A stretch of DNA of 63,805 nt, counting the filler, from Octopus bimaculoides (lineage: Eukaryota), in the NCBI RefSeq assembly GCF_001194135.2. It is 9 parts of 9 records of this genome, joined end to end, with 100 filler letters (N's around TTAATTAATTAA, not from the genome) between each part and the next. Parts side by side here need not be neighbours in the genome. Positions count along the whole stretch, not along the records: positions 1 to 16,005 come from NC_068991.1; 8 more parts are not named here. One strand, written 5' to 3'. The translations under genes and the position numbers were made by a program. Below, one piece after another: positions 1-13,860 of this stretch (position 1 is the first letter of the stretch; each line of letters starts with the position of its first letter). The notes under the pieces were generated by a model. That model saw nothing but the letters and a program-made list of their open reading frames with translations, ran no database searches and was not told the origin of the DNA.

Positions 1-126
1 ATTTATTCATATATATCCCTTTCATTACACATACCATTATGTTTTTGTCCAGCCCGCAGCTTCTTTCTTTTTTTCCCATTTTCTTGTATGTAAGGCCGTC
101 ATGGCAAAAAAAAAGAATGAAATAAA

Positions 127-235
127 GAAGCTTACTTCCCAACCACATGGTTCCGGGTTCAGTCCACTGCGTGGCACCTTGGGCAAATGTCTTCTACTAT
201 AGCCTCGGCCGACCAAAGTCTCGTGAGAAGATTTA
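127..235 (+). mobile_element. SINE family A (tRNA head + CORE-like ACCTTGGGCAAG), partial
   Basis: Near-identical to copies at 1763, 4439, 16120, 20959, 34007. Confidence 0.75.
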
Positions 236-595
236 ATATGTGTGTGTTTACACACAACAACATCCAAAAGTGGAATGATAAAATGGAAGTCATTTTAGAA
301 AAATACCATCTCCTCTGTATACAACAGAATTACGTATTTTATAAGGACGGAATTATATTATAATACTGCACCTATAGAGTACACACCCTGCACAACGCGT
401 TGGCAATAAACCAGTCATATGACGTCATCCGACGCTAGGCTACGCGAAGGAAAACTTTATCGCAAATATTTTAGCTTTTAGATTCCATCCAACACAATAA
501 CCAGACCTGTGAAACGTGTGTGCGTGAGTGTATACGTTTGTATGTATGTATGTATGTATGTATTATGTATGTATGTATGTATGTANNNNNNNNNN

Positions 596-641
<46 letters not shown>

Positions 642-1762
642 ACGCCGTATATAATTAAATAATACCTCTCTAGTGTCTTTATGCGTGTGTAATTCTGCTT
701 CTCCAACTTCCACGCCAAAGTTATTTTTACCATTCCATCATTAAAATTTATAGCAGATCGTTTAGTCAAATTTCAATTCGAGAACTACAAATTAGAGACC
801 TCTATATTTAAAAAACCAAACCTGATTAAAATGATTTAAAGAGAAAAGAGCTGTAAAATAATAATGCCTAAATAATAGACTGTTACATTATGATTCGGAA
901 TAAACGTAAATTATAATTTGAGTGAAAGTACAAATAAATAAATAAATAAATAAATAAATAAACAAATTAAAAGAAAAAGAAAGATAGAAAACCCAAGCCC
1001 CATCCCAGAACCCAGAATAATAAATATTTTTTTATAAATATGATTTGTTTTGTATATTTGATAATTTTGTTTTTTTTAAATCGAGAATTTCGCCTGTCAT
1101 CCATGTTTTAGTTTTTAATCCGACTGGTACAAACAAAAAACAAACAAAAAACACGTAAACATATTAGATAGACAGTTTGTACGTATCAATACATATGTAA
1201 TTACGCATATACACACATACAACTGNNNNNNNNNNNNNNNNNNNNNNNNNNNNNNNNNNNNNNNNNNNNNNNNNNNNNNNNNNNNNNNNNNNNNNNNNNN
1301 NNNNNNNNNNNNNNNNNNNNNNNNNNNNNNNNNNNNNNNNNNNNNNNNNNNNNNNNNNNNNNNNNNNNNNNNNNNNNNNNNNNNNNNNNNNNNNNNNNNN
1401 NNNNNNNNNNNNNNNNNNNNNNNNNNNNNNNNNNNNNNNNNNNNNNNNNNNNNNNNNNNNNNNNNNNNNNNNNNNNNNNNNNNNNNNNNNNNNNNNNNNN
1501 NNNNNNNNNNNNNNNNNNNNNNNNNNNNNNNNNNNNNNNNNNNNNNNNNNNNNNNNNNNNNNNNNNNNNNNNNNNNNNNNNNNNNNNNNNNNNNNNNNNN
1601 NNNNNNNNNNNNNNNNNNNNNNNNNNNNNNNNNNNNNNNNNNNNNNNNNNNNNNNNNNNNNNNNNNNNNNNNNNNNNNNNNNNNNNNNNNNNNNNNNNNN
1701 NNNNNNNNNNNNNNNNNNNNNNNNNNNNNNNNNNNNNNNNNNNNNNNNNNNNNNNNNNNNNN

Positions 1763-1936
1763 ATATGACGAGCTTGTTTTCAGTTTCCGTCTACCAAATC
1801 CCCAAATCCACTCATAAGCTTTTGGTCGACCCGATGCTATAGAAGAAGGCACTTGCCTAAGGTACCACGCAGTGGGACTGAACCGGGAACGATGTGGTTC
1901 GGAAGCAAGCCTCTTACCACACAGTCATGCCTGTGC
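1763..1936 (-). mobile_element. SINE family A 5' half
   Basis: Multi-copy in the window; A/B-box-like head (TGGCTGTGTGGT..GGTTCAGTCCC). Confidence 0.8.
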
Positions 1937-1982
1937 TAACACACACACATGTACACACACACACTCACATATAAATACATAG

Positions 1983-2018
<36 letters not shown>

Positions 2019-3751
2019 ACCCGCATGTATGCGACTGCGCAGATGCACCTACTCACCGTATGCATGCACACGAATGTGTGTGCGCGTTCGCACTCATATA
2101 CATGTGCACCTCTGTGTGTGCATATGTACATGGAGATAAATGTGTGCACGCGTGCATGTGTGCCCATCCGTGTTTGTATGTGAACTTGCGTGTATGTATG
2201 TGTGTGCGCACATGTGTGCGCGTGTGTATCTTCGTGTTTGTGTGGCTCGTGTGTGTATGTGTGTGCGCTCTTGCATGTGTGAATGTACATCAAAGCATGC
2301 ATACACACTCGTATAATTACGGATGCATACACGTAGATATATAGGCATATAAATGTACATATATACATATATACCCCAACATCTATCACACCTTCCTACT
2401 TCCCCCAACCATACGACCAATTTCTTGTCCACCACGCGGTATTTTCCAACGAATTGTTGTCGATGAAATACCAACATCAAACCACTGTACCTCGTGACCG
2501 TTCTCGACCAATCGCAGACTAGCGCCCAGTAGTAAACATCGACTTTCTCCAATTGAAATCTTAGTGGCCGAAGACTAGCCACACGGTTGAAACTCAGAGT
2601 ACCAAGGAGTCTGAAACAAACTGTTTTAATCTATACATGTAACTCACAATAAATGTGTTGAGTGCCCTTCTTTCGTTTATCTACTTACTCGTATATATAT
2701 ATATATNNNNNNNNNNNNNNNNNNNNNNNNNNNNNNNNNNNNNNNNNNNNNNNNNNNNNNNNNNNNNNNNNNNNNNNNNNNNNNNNNNNNNNNNNNNNNN
2801 NNNNNNNNNNNNNNNNNNNNNNNNNNNNNNNNNNNNNNNNNNNNNNNNNNNNNNNNNNNNNNNNNNNNNNNNNNNNNNNNNNNNNNNNNNNNNNNNNNNN
2901 NNNNNNNNNNNNNNNNNNNNNNNNNNNNNNNNNNNNNNNNNNNNNNNNNNNNNNNNNNNNNNNNNNNNNNNNNNNNNNNNNNNNNNNNNNNNNNNNNNNN
3001 NNNNNNNNNNNNNNNNNNNNNNNNNNNNNNNNNNNNNNNNNNNNNNNNNNNNNNNNNNNNNNNNNNNNNNNNNNNNNNNNNNNNNNNNNNNNNNNNNNNN
3101 NNNNNNNNNNNNNNNNNNNNNNNNNNNNNNNNNNNNNNNNNNNNNNNNNNNNNNNNNNNNNNNNNNNNNNNNNNNNNNNNNNNNNNNNNNNNNNNNNNNN
3201 NNNNNNNNNNNNNNNNNNNNNNNNNNNNNNNNNNNNNNNNNNNNNNNNNNNNNNNNNNNNNNNNNNNNNNNNNNNNNNNNNNNNNNNNNNNNNNNNNNNN
3301 NNNNNNNNNNNNNNNNNNNNNNNNNNNNNNNNNNNNNNNNNNNNNNNNNNNNNNNNNNNNNNNNNNNNNNNNNNNNNNNNNNNNNNNNNNNNNNNNNNNN
3401 NNNNNNNAAAGAGAGACAGACTCTTATTTGAATCATTGCCACCATATCTGCTTGGATTTCCCTTATACCCACACTTCTGTCGTTATGTTCCGAGTTCAAA
3501 TTCCTCCGAAGTCGCTTTTACCTTTCTTCCTCTCGGGCTCGAGAAAATATGCACAAGTTGAGTGTTCGGCTTGATGCAATCGACTTACCCCAACTCTACG
3601 ATATTACTAGCCAAAATTTGAAACCAATACATATATGCATGTGGAAACAAGAGAAATACAGCATGGCCAGAAATTATCTTTTTCGTTATTTCGTATAACG
3701 TCATTCCTAGTTATTTTGCTAAATTGAAGATGCACTGTTTAACACCGGTTA

Positions 3752-3805
<54 letters not shown>

Positions 3806-4438
3806 ATATGTGGGTGGGTGAGTGTGTGTGTGTTAAGAAAACGGGTGCAGTCAGAATTTTGGATAATTCTTTATTAACGCTTTCGATCGTTTATCAAACT
3901 CGTCAAAGCAAAATCAAAATGATTTTGATTTTGTCTTCATGAGTTCCGTAAACGAACGAAAGTGCTATTAAAGAATCATCCAAAAGTCTGACTGACTCCT
4001 TTTTCTCAATATACAATATCTGTACACCAATTTAAGCAATCTATCTATCTATCTATCTATCTCTCTATCTCTCTATCTATCTCTCTGCTGTCTCTCTTTC
4101 AGTATGTGTATATATATATATATACACACATATATAACACAGACACGCAAACACACATACATATNNNNNNNNNNNNNNNNNNNNNNNNNNNNNNNNNNNN
4201 NNNNNNNNNNNNNNNNNNNNNNNNNNNNNNNNNNNNNNNNNNNNNNNNNNNNNNNNNNNNNNNNNNNNNNNNNNNNNNNNNNNNNNNNNNNNNNNNNNNN
4301 NNNNNNNNNNNNNNNNNNNNNNNNNNNNNNNNNNNNNNNNNNNNNNNNNNNNNNNNNNNNNNNNNNNNNNNNNNNNNNNNNNNNNNNNNNNNNNNNNNNN
4401 NNNNNNNNNNNNNNNNNNNNNNNNNNNNNNNNNNNNNN

Positions 4439-4589
4439 CAACGGGCTTCTTTCAGTTTCCGTCTACCAAATCCACTCACAAGGCTTTGGTCGGCCCGAGG
4501 CTATAGTAGAAGACACTTGCCCAAGGTGCTACGCAGTGGGACTGAACCCGGAACCATGTGGTTGGTAAGCAAGCTACTTACCACACAGT
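4439..4589 (-). mobile_element. SINE family A 5' half
   Basis: Near-identical to 20959-21123 and 34007-34158. Confidence 0.85.
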
Positions 4590-4843
4590 CTTTTCAAAAA
4601 AATTTTCATAAAAAGCTCTCGCCATCGTTTGCAAAAGTGTAGTTGAAAAAGAATTTTGAAAATCTCTGGCGCAACAGAGAAAATCCAACTTATGTGGGTG
4701 TGCTATTCCGAAAATCTGCCAAAACAGTCTATTCTAAAAATTACTCGCTAAGCACGGGATACACAGCTAGTAGGCTATAACATGCCTAATTATGCAACAT
4801 GTATTGAATTCTTTATCAGATAACACTTCAGTTAGCCTAAACA

Positions 4844-4884
<41 letters not shown>

Positions 4885-5058
4885 CTCTACCTACATATAT
4901 ACATACAAACATAAATACATATATACATACATATATGTATATATATATTTATATATACATATATGTATATACATACATGTATATATATATATATATGTAT
5001 ATACATACATATATATGTGTGTATATACATATATATATATGTATATACATACATGCAT

Positions 5059-5107
<49 letters not shown>

Positions 5108-5967
5108 ACAATAAATACATATATACATACGCATACATCTTAAAATACACGCACACGCAAGCACAAATACACACATATGTATACAAATACACGCTCAAAC
5201 ACGCATCTATATAATAATTGTTAGTTTACCTGACCAACCTTTTCACTGTTGCTTACTAACATCTGAACTTTCACCCCCAAAAAGCAACTTAAGATTTTTG
5301 TTTCTTTGTGGGTAGTTTGTTTTGTGTAATTTTGTCTCTTTTTGTAATTTGTTTTACTAGCTAAGGTGTACCGGTATGTTGACAAAGGTCGTTGAGATTC
5401 TAGCACACTTAAGGTTTATATCAATATAAGGTGTGTTTCAGTTAAGGTGTATACCTAATATATATGCGTGTATGTCTGTGTTTGATCGTATTTATCCGTG
5501 GATGTGAGTGTATGTGTTAATATAACTCTTACACACATATATACACGTATATATACATATATATGTAAATATTCATGTATATAAACACGTATATATANNN
5601 NNNNNNNNNNNNNNNNNNNNNNNNNNNNNNNNNNNNNNNNNNNNNNNNNNNNNNNNNNNNNNNNNNNNNNNNNNNNNNNNNNNNNNNNNNNNNNNNNNNN
5701 NNNNNNNNNNNNNNNNNNNNNNNNNNNNNNNNNNNNNNNNNNNNNNNNNNNNNNNNNNNNNNNNNNNNNNNNNNNNNNNNNNNNNNNNNNNNNNNNNNNN
5801 NNNNNNNNNNNNNNNNNNNNNNNNNNNNNNNNNNNNNNNNNNNNNNGTATGTATGTATGTATGTATGTATGTATATTTATATATACATATATATATTTGT
5901 ATATATGTATATGTTTTATGTGTGTGTGCGTGCATGTGTGTAACAGAAAGACAGAGTGTGTGTTTAG

Positions 5968-6255
5968 TGATTTCGATTCCCGGATTGGGCTGCGTTTTGC
6001 TCTAGAGTAAGACACTTTATTTCACGTGACTCCAGTTCATTCAGCTGTTCTTTCAATTCATTGAATATCACTGGTGCCATGCTGTATCGGCCTTTTCGTT
6101 TCCCTTGGCCATCATCAGTGGCGTGGAGAGGCGACGCTAATATGCATGGGCGACTACTGGTCTTCCATAAACAATCTTTCTCGGACTTGTGCCTCAGAAA
6201 GAAACTTTCTAGGTGCTATCCCATGGACATGTATGACCGAAGGGTGTCTTTTCCC
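5968..6255 (+). mobile_element. SINE family C (tRNA/CORE-like head CAAGACACTTTATTTCAC..CAGCTG)
   Basis: Matches 58086-58380; head-only copies at 13905 and 31437. Confidence 0.75.
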
Positions 6256-6590
6256 TTTGTAACACACGCACGCACGCACACATACACACACATAGACACA
6301 TAAAAAGAAATAGATACAAACACAATAATACAAGAGACGGCTAGAGTTAATATTGGTTTCAAATTTAGGCACAATGCCATCAAAGTCGCCAAGGTCGACT
6401 TTGCTTTTTTTCCTTTCGGGGTCGATAAGATAAGTATCAGTTGAGCACTGGGGTCGATGTAATCGATTGGCCCCCTTCATAAAAATTTCAGGCTTTGTGC
6501 CTATAGTAGAATGGATTATCTCTAAACGCTTGATTTCATTCTTTATTTCCTTTTTCTTTTTCTTCCTGTGAAGGGAAAATTGTATTTTAT

Positions 6591-6960
6591 TATTAGGTCG
6601 TCAAGTATGAAATTTGTAGAAAAGAAAAAGAAAAGTTTGCTTATGTTTTATAAATACAAGGAATAGTTTTATTAATCAAACTACGCACCTATATTGTCAA
6701 TACATTTCTGAATTCTCAATGGTAGCGTAAAAAGCCTGGCAATCTAGAGTCAATAAAATCTTGGAAGGCCTGTTTTACAATATCGTCGGAATTAAATTTT
6801 TTTCCCATCAAAATGTTATCCAAATTCTGAAAGAAGTGGTAGTCCGTAGGGGCAAGATCAGGTGAGTATGGCGGATGATGGAGAACTTCCAACTCCAACT
6901 CCTGGAGCTCCCCCAATGTCATTTTTGCGATGTGTGGTCTGGCATTGTCTTGTTTCAAAC
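6591..6960 (-). mobile_element. mariner (Tc1/mariner) transposon 3' fragment, degenerate
   Basis: QDNARPH...HHPPYSPDLAPTDYHFF catalytic-region motifs. After a frameshift the sequence reads LPLRIQKCIDNIGA*FD* (mariner C-terminus with a premature stop). Terminal TA+TTAGGTCGTCAAGTATGAAA at 6591 looks like a TIR; no matching second TIR seen. Confidence 0.9.
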
Positions 6961-7099
6961 AAATGGAACTCTGTTAGTGGCGGTCACAGTCATGTGACCA
7001 AAATTTGCCATATTAAGAAATAAACGTAAACTTAATATATTCTTAATTAAGATGGTGCTTCTTGTAACCGCTTTCTTCATGAGCTTTCAAGAAATTAGA

Positions 7100-8900
7100 C
7101 TTTTGAGAGCAGAATGTAATATATTTAAAGCTAAACATCGTGAGAGGTGATAGCAATGAAAATAGAAAAAGAAAAACGGAAAGAAAATATGATAGAAAAC
7201 AAGGAGAAATATAAAACAAAATTGTGCTGGTTATCTTGCTGTTCTCCTCTTGCATTCTGTAACTTAGCAGTAATCGAATCTTGGATTGTAGATATATATT
7301 TCATGGACATAATTAATGAACATATTTCAACATTCACTTGTGTATTGTAGAATTTGCTGATCCAAGGATTGGATTGTAAAACCCAATCGATTACCATATG
7401 CAAAACCATTCTCATAATTCTGTCTAAAGAATGGTTAACGATAAACTCCATTAGAGATTTGCATTTGGTAATCCTTTATATTTCGTTTTGATCATTATAT
7501 GTTTCCATTGGTGTCTTTGAGAAAGCGATTGCTGCAAGAACTTTGCCAATTACACTTCAAAATGGCTTTCCACAACTTCAGATTATTCCGTGGAGATTCT
7601 GCACAACAAACATTAAAATTATCTAACGTGTGATGTTTATTCTTGTTTCTCTGAATTATTATTTGTATGCGAAAGGCTTCTATTCTGGCATTCGATCGAG
7701 TAAACTAAACCATTGGCTTTTTCAAATACATTCGTCTTCATAAATATATTTTAGTAACTTCTTCACTTTCAAACAAAATACTCTGAAAAAATTATGTCTG
7801 ACCAAACGCGAGGTCTTTGATGTATACATCAAACTATGTAAAAAAAAATTTCTAACGAATTTATATTATATGTGAGCGCAAGGAACAATATAGCTTCCCA
7901 CGGCGGCGAACAATTAATATCGACTCCTGAAAACAATTTACAGAGAACTTAGTCCCCCATCCAATAAAAGAAGATTGACGTACAACACAGCCATTAAATA
8001 CGGCCATTTGGGTTGAAGGCGTCGCATTTGGTGCATCAATTCTTGATGACATTCTGCTCTTAGTTTTCCGCTGGTTCTTTCAAAGTCACTGGAGCCGTCC
8101 TTATTCAACTTTACTATTGCTATTAACAATGTGCTTTTGTGGCAACCTTTCTCTGAATCGATGCATTAACATGTATGCATAATAATCCATCTATGAAATT
8201 ATTTTGTTATTATTCATCCATCACCATCATGTTACTAACTTTCACACCTCCTGGGGAGAAAAGGACAAAGTGTAATGGATCATAATCCCGATTCAGTTGG
8301 TTAATTCGCTGCAGTTTTGAATCATATTCACTTAAAATCAATGTTACTATGTTCAATACATCTTGATAATGATTTAAATAATTATGATGCAGGTTCAACG
8401 TAGAACAGCCGTTACTTCAGAAACAGTAAAAGAATTATAATTTAACGCAGAATATGAACCAGTGACCAAACTAAAAGGTGTTCCTCACAGCCATTCTGTG
8501 CTAGCTAGGTCAAGAGGAAGGAGCAATGTCTAAGGTTAGTGCAGGCCTTCTTCGATCAGTGAAACTCAGTGGTATTAATGTTCTCTTTGAACGTTTGTAA
8601 GACAACACCTGAGGGAAGTATATGAGGAGGGGAAAAATTGCAGAATCAATGTCCTGCGAAGGAGAACCTAGGCGTAGGGAGTAGTGTAGAGATCAGGGTT
8701 GCTCACGACTAAGATGTTTTGATCATAGATCTGGTGAATGAAGTCTGGCCTGGATTTAACAGTAAGTACAACGGAGGTAGCATCAAGACAGACAAGAGTA
8801 TAACACGATGAACGAAAGAGAATACCCGTCATAAAATGCTATTATATCACAGAAGAAGAGGGAATTATTGTTGACGAATTTTGTTTCTTGGAGTAAGAGA
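7100..8900 (-). mobile_element. Helitron Rep (Helitron_like_N / HUH) coding fossil
   Basis: Motifs occur in the correct order across frameshifts: NKIRQ-NNSL (~8880), IHQIYD..PYA (~8740), YNSFTVSEVTAVL (~8430), LQRINQLNRDYDPLHFVLF, KLRAECHQELM, QSSFIGWG..ILIVRRRGK, VYSIECQNRSLSHT (decayed IEFQKRGLPHAH, ~7665-7710), NPWISKFYNTQVNVEICSLIMSMKY. Motifs above ~8480 are weaker. Confidence 0.85.
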
Positions 8901-9867
8901 ATCGTTAGGGCGTCGGACAAAATGAATCGTGATATTTAGCTACAGTTTAGACAGAAGTTGAGCAATGAAAGATACAAAGGATACAACAACAGCAAGCAAC
9001 AGTAAAGGTATCATCAACAATAGCAATGACTGCGCTGCTGGGAGATCCTTTCCAATGGTGAGTGTATAGAAAGGGAAAGAGCAACAGTGATGTTCGAAGC
9101 AAGTGGTTCCATCTCACATCATTGTAAATTTGCTTCAGAACCTTTGGATGCGCAAGAAAAGCCGGGGCAAAAAGCATATGCGACAGGTCAAGGAGACTTA
9201 ACTGTACCCTTAGAAGGTACTCAAATGGTTGTTTTTAACTAGACAGATGGTATGATAGGTTGTGAAGGACTGATTGCCGTGCGACTTTTATTTCGGTTCT
9301 CTCTGCTTTAAGTTCAACTCTTCCTGAGGTCAACTTTGTCTTTCGTTCGCCCGGACGTCGATAAATAAAGTAGCAGCGATGGCAATGGGCTGGTGTCAGA
9401 TGAAATAAGTTTTCAGTGTATATTCCAGCTCTTTGCGATCTGAGTTCTTGGTTAACTTAACCCGTCACCTAGCTTCACGCCACCATCTGACCCTTGGGTT
9501 AGGTATCATTTGATAGAGTCTTTCACGCTGTAGCATGTATTCAGCGAAGGTTTGCAGTTTGAAGAAAACTTCTTCACTTCTTTCGATTAATATTACAAGC
9601 CTTGAAAAAGAACAAAAAACAAAAAGAGAGTCAAAGGTGCTTTTGAGCTTCATTCCTTACCGCAGTGTATGGATTACAGCGAGACTTTCCACTATTTGCA
9701 TAACTCCCCGAGATCTGATCAGTTATATATAGCTAACTTGGTGCAGCAGCAGTAACAACAGCAGCAGCAGCAGCAGCAGCAGCAACAAAGGGCACAGCAA
9801 CAATAATACAATGGTAACAACAGCAATAAAACAACTATACAATGACAAAATACAATAGCACCAACCT

Positions 9868-10192
9868 GGTACTCCGTCGGTTACGACGACGGGAGTTCCA
9901 GTTAATCCGATAAACGGAACAAACTGCTGGTGAAATTAACATGCCAGTGGCCGAGCACTCCACAGACATGTGAACCCTTAACGTAGTTCCCAGGGAGATT
10001 CAGTGTGACACAGAATGTGACAAGGCTGGTCGTTTGAAATACAGGTACTACTCATTTTTGCCAGCTGAGTGGACTGGAGCAAAGTAAAGTTAAAGTGTCT
10101 TTGCTTAATGGCACAATGTGCCGCCGGGAATCGAACTCATGACCTTACGATTGTGAACCAAAAACTCTAACCACTAAGCCACGCCCCTTCAC
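9868..10192 (-). mobile_element. SINE family D (tail ..GGAACCCTCGTCGTCGTAACCGACGGAGT) with a family-C-like head
   Basis: Tail shared with 46757-47058 and 60262-60840. Confidence 0.75.
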
Positions 10193-10504
10193 TAGTGACA
10201 GCTACATCGATGTAATAACAAGAACAGCAAGAACGACAATAATGGTAAGTACAAGAACAGTGACGTCACAAAACAAGAATAACAAGAACAACAATATCAA
10301 CAACAACAACGACAACAACAACAACAACAACAGAAGCAATAACAATGATAATAACAACAGCAGCAGCAACATCAATGATGAGCACGGAGAGTAAAGGGGA
10401 AAACTATGTCCACTTGGTTCGTGTACAAATATTCCCATTGTCAGTGCAACTCACGTGAAATAATGAGCGTGGACCAACGTACAAGCAGGGATAATCACTA
10501 ATAC

Positions 10505-10596
10505 CAACATCATCCTCATCCTCCTCCTCCTCCTCATCATCATCATCATCGTCGTCGTCGTCACGGTGATCATCATCATCATCGTCGTCGTCGTCG

Positions 10597-10629
<33 letters not shown>

Positions 10630-11095
10630 GCATCGTTATCCTCACCACCCTACCTTCTGTTCCCACCCCCACACTTCATCATCATCATCATCACCACCAT
10701 CATCATCATCAGGATCATGGTCGTCATCATCACCATCATCGTCGTCGTCGTCGTCATCACCATCATCATCATCATCATCATCATCAACATGGACATCATC
10801 AACGTTATTTTCTCCACCCTCCGCCTTCTCCTCACCCCCTCATCATCGTCGTTGTCATCATCATTATCATCATCATCATTATCATCATCATCGTCATCGT
10901 CATCACCATCATCACCATCATCGTCGTCGTTGTCGTCATCACCATCATCATCATCATCATCAACATCATCAACGTTATTTTCTCCACCCTCCGCCTTCTC
11001 CTCAACCCTCGCCATCGTCGCCGTCATCATCATCATCATCCTCATCATCATCATCATCATCATCATCATTATCACCACCATCATCATCATCATCA
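10505..11095. repeat. (ATC/GTC)n trinucleotide array
   Basis: Direct inspection. Confidence 0.95.
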
Positions 11096-11803
11096 AAGAC
11101 CGATAAACATTAAGAATATCAATTATGTACTTGGTTGAAATCCGTCTCTAATGATCCATTTTCCTTACTTTATTCATTTTTTTTTTTCTTTTGTCTTTTG
11201 GCATTAAAACAACAACAACAACAACAACAACAACAGCAGCAGCAGTAGCAGCGATATATGTATGTTTAAATGAAAATTAAAAGCTAAAACAAAAGAAAAT
11301 ATAGATTGTGACAAGGGTGGAGGTAGAGAATAAGGATGAAAGATGATAGTAGGAAGGAGAGGGGAGTGAGGAAGAAGAAGAGGAAGAAGAAAAGGGAAAG
11401 GATTGGGGGATAAAGAAAGTGAAGAATTACACACACACACATGCATACGTTTATATATACATATATATATGTATATATATATATGTATATATACACATAA
11501 ATATACATGTAAACATCGTTTATACTTATATGTAATTCTGTTCATATATATGTATGCCTAACTGGGGGATTGTTTGTGTATATGTCTCTGTGGGGGTGCG
11601 TGCGTGTGTGTATGTATCTGTGCGTGTGTATATGTATATTACATACAAATGCACACGCAATATTTGCACAATGCTTATCTATATATATATATATATACAT
11701 ATATACATATGTTTAGAAACACACGTACACAGACACGCATACATACATATATACATACATATATAAGTATATGTATGTGCGTGTGTACGTGTGTGTGTGT
11801 GTA

Positions 11804-11842
<39 letters not shown>

Positions 11843-12544
11843 GTGCGCACGTACGCAATTATGTGTGTATACAATCAGAAATATATTCATACATATTGTG
11901 TATATAAATACAATCGCATACGCATTCATCTATTTTGATACACCTCTGTATGTGTANNNNNNNNNNNNNNNNNNNNNNNNNNNNNNNNNNNNNNNNNNNN
12001 NNNNNNNNNNNNNNNNNNNNNNNNNNNNNNNNNNNNNNNNNNNNNNNNNNNNNNNNNNNNNNNNNNNNNNNNNNNNNNNNNNNNNNNNNNNNNNNNNNNN
12101 NNNNNNNNNNNNNNNNNNNNNNNNNNNNNNNNNNNNNNNNNNNNNNNNNNNNNNNNNNNNNNNNNNNNNNNNNNNNNNNNNNNNNNNNNNNNNNNNNNNN
12201 NNNNNNNNNNNNNNNNNNNNNNNNNNNNNNNNNNNNNNNNNNNNNNNNNNNNNNNNNNNNNNNNNNNNNNNNNNNNNNNNNNNNNNNNNNNNNNNNNNNN
12301 NNNNNNNNNNNNNNNNNNNNNNNNNNNNNNNNNNNNNNNNNNNNNNNNNNNNNNNNNNNNNNNNNNNNNNNNNNNNNNNNNNNNNNNNNNNNNNNNNNNN
12401 NNNNNNNNNNNNNNNNNNNNNNNNNNNNNNNNNNNNNNNNNNNNNNNNNNNNNNNNNNNNNNNNNNNNNNNNNNNNNNNNNNNNNNNNNNNNNNNNNNNN
12501 NNNNNNNNNNNNNNNNNNNNNNNNNNNNNNNNNNNNNNNNNNNC

Positions 12545-12674
12545 GTTGTTGTTGATGTTGATGCTATTGTTGTTGTTGTTGGTGGTGGTTAAGACGGTGG
12601 CAATGCCGATAATGGTGTTATCATCGTCATCATCATCATCATCATCGTCATCATCATCATTATCATCATCATCG

Positions 12675-12721
<47 letters not shown>

Positions 12722-13060
12722 GCTGTTGTCCTCGTCGTCGTCGTCGTCGTCGACGTCATCATCATCATCTACTCCGCCATCTTCTCTTTCTGCCTTTACT
12801 TTGCATCTTCTTGCTCATCATTCATCATCATCATCATCATAATCGTCATCGTCGTCGTCGTCGTCGTCGTCATCATCGTCGTCGTTGTCATCGTCGTCGT
12901 TGTCATCGTCGTCGTCTTTGTCGACATCGTCGTGGTCGTGGTCGTCGTCATCATCATCATCATCATCATCAACATCATCATCCGCACCTCCTTCTCCTCC
13001 CTTTCCTCTACATCATCATCATCATCATCATCATCATCGTCGTCGTCGTCGTCGTCCTCG
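12545..13060. repeat. (ATC/GTC)n trinucleotide array
   Basis: Direct inspection. Confidence 0.95.
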
Positions 13061-13454
13061 TCATCCTATTATTAAAATAGTAAGAATTTTGAAAAAATTC
13101 GTTTACAATGCTCAATATCTACAAAAGAATTTATTGTAAAAAATCTGTAGCCAACATGTTAAGTCGTTTTAGAAATTGAGAAGTAAGCTAAAAAGTAACC
13201 TAACTTAATTACCGTTTGGATTTTAGATCACACGCCGAAGTAGCACCGATACTTTTTCAAAAGTTCTATTTTGTTACTCACACAGTCATTTGTGTACGTG
13301 TTTTGGAAAGAAACCCTAGCTGGTGGACACTTAACACACTACTGTGGATCCCCAACTTACTATTTTCCTTGTATGAACCCCCACCTCAAAGATTCATATG
13401 GACCCTGTGGGGTCATGTGGATTCGGTTAAGAATCACTGGTCTGTACCAACATT

Positions 13455-13860
13455 TCTTATTCATTGAAGCTCTTCGATCCCTTTAGAGCGTAAGCCATTG
13501 ACGACTTTTCTCCACTCTGCTGTGTTTTCTGCTTCCCTCCAGTTGAATTGCTGCTTTTTCAGCACTGACATATGTTTCCCTGAGGGAAGTCCTTCCACTT
13601 CAAGGTATTGTTTTGAATTGTCATCAAGGGTTACGTAACTATGGGTTTTTTTTTTCTTTCTAGGTAAGTATGCTGTCCCCAAGCAAACCCATTCTTATCT
13701 TTGGAAATAGGTGATCCATGGTAATCTGACCTCTGTCCTTTGATCTTTTCAGTAAGGGAGGCACTACCAGATTATGCTCGACTGGGATAGCGTACGAAAT
13801 TATTGAGGTACACAACTCACTACGCCAGCAAAAGGTCAGCATTTTGCGGTGGATCTATAT
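13455..13860 (-). mobile_element. RTE-clade LINE 3' end fossil
   Basis: Decayed RT C-terminal motifs TEKIKGQR..HG and NWREAENTAEWRKVV..SKGIEELQ*, resembling the RTE 'W..A.DR..WR..V' tail. Confidence 0.5.

Noticed and set aside
418-428. ATGACGTCAT perfect CRE palindrome
   Set aside because: An isolated 10-mer with no associated gene or TSS evidence; expected by chance or from TE sequence.
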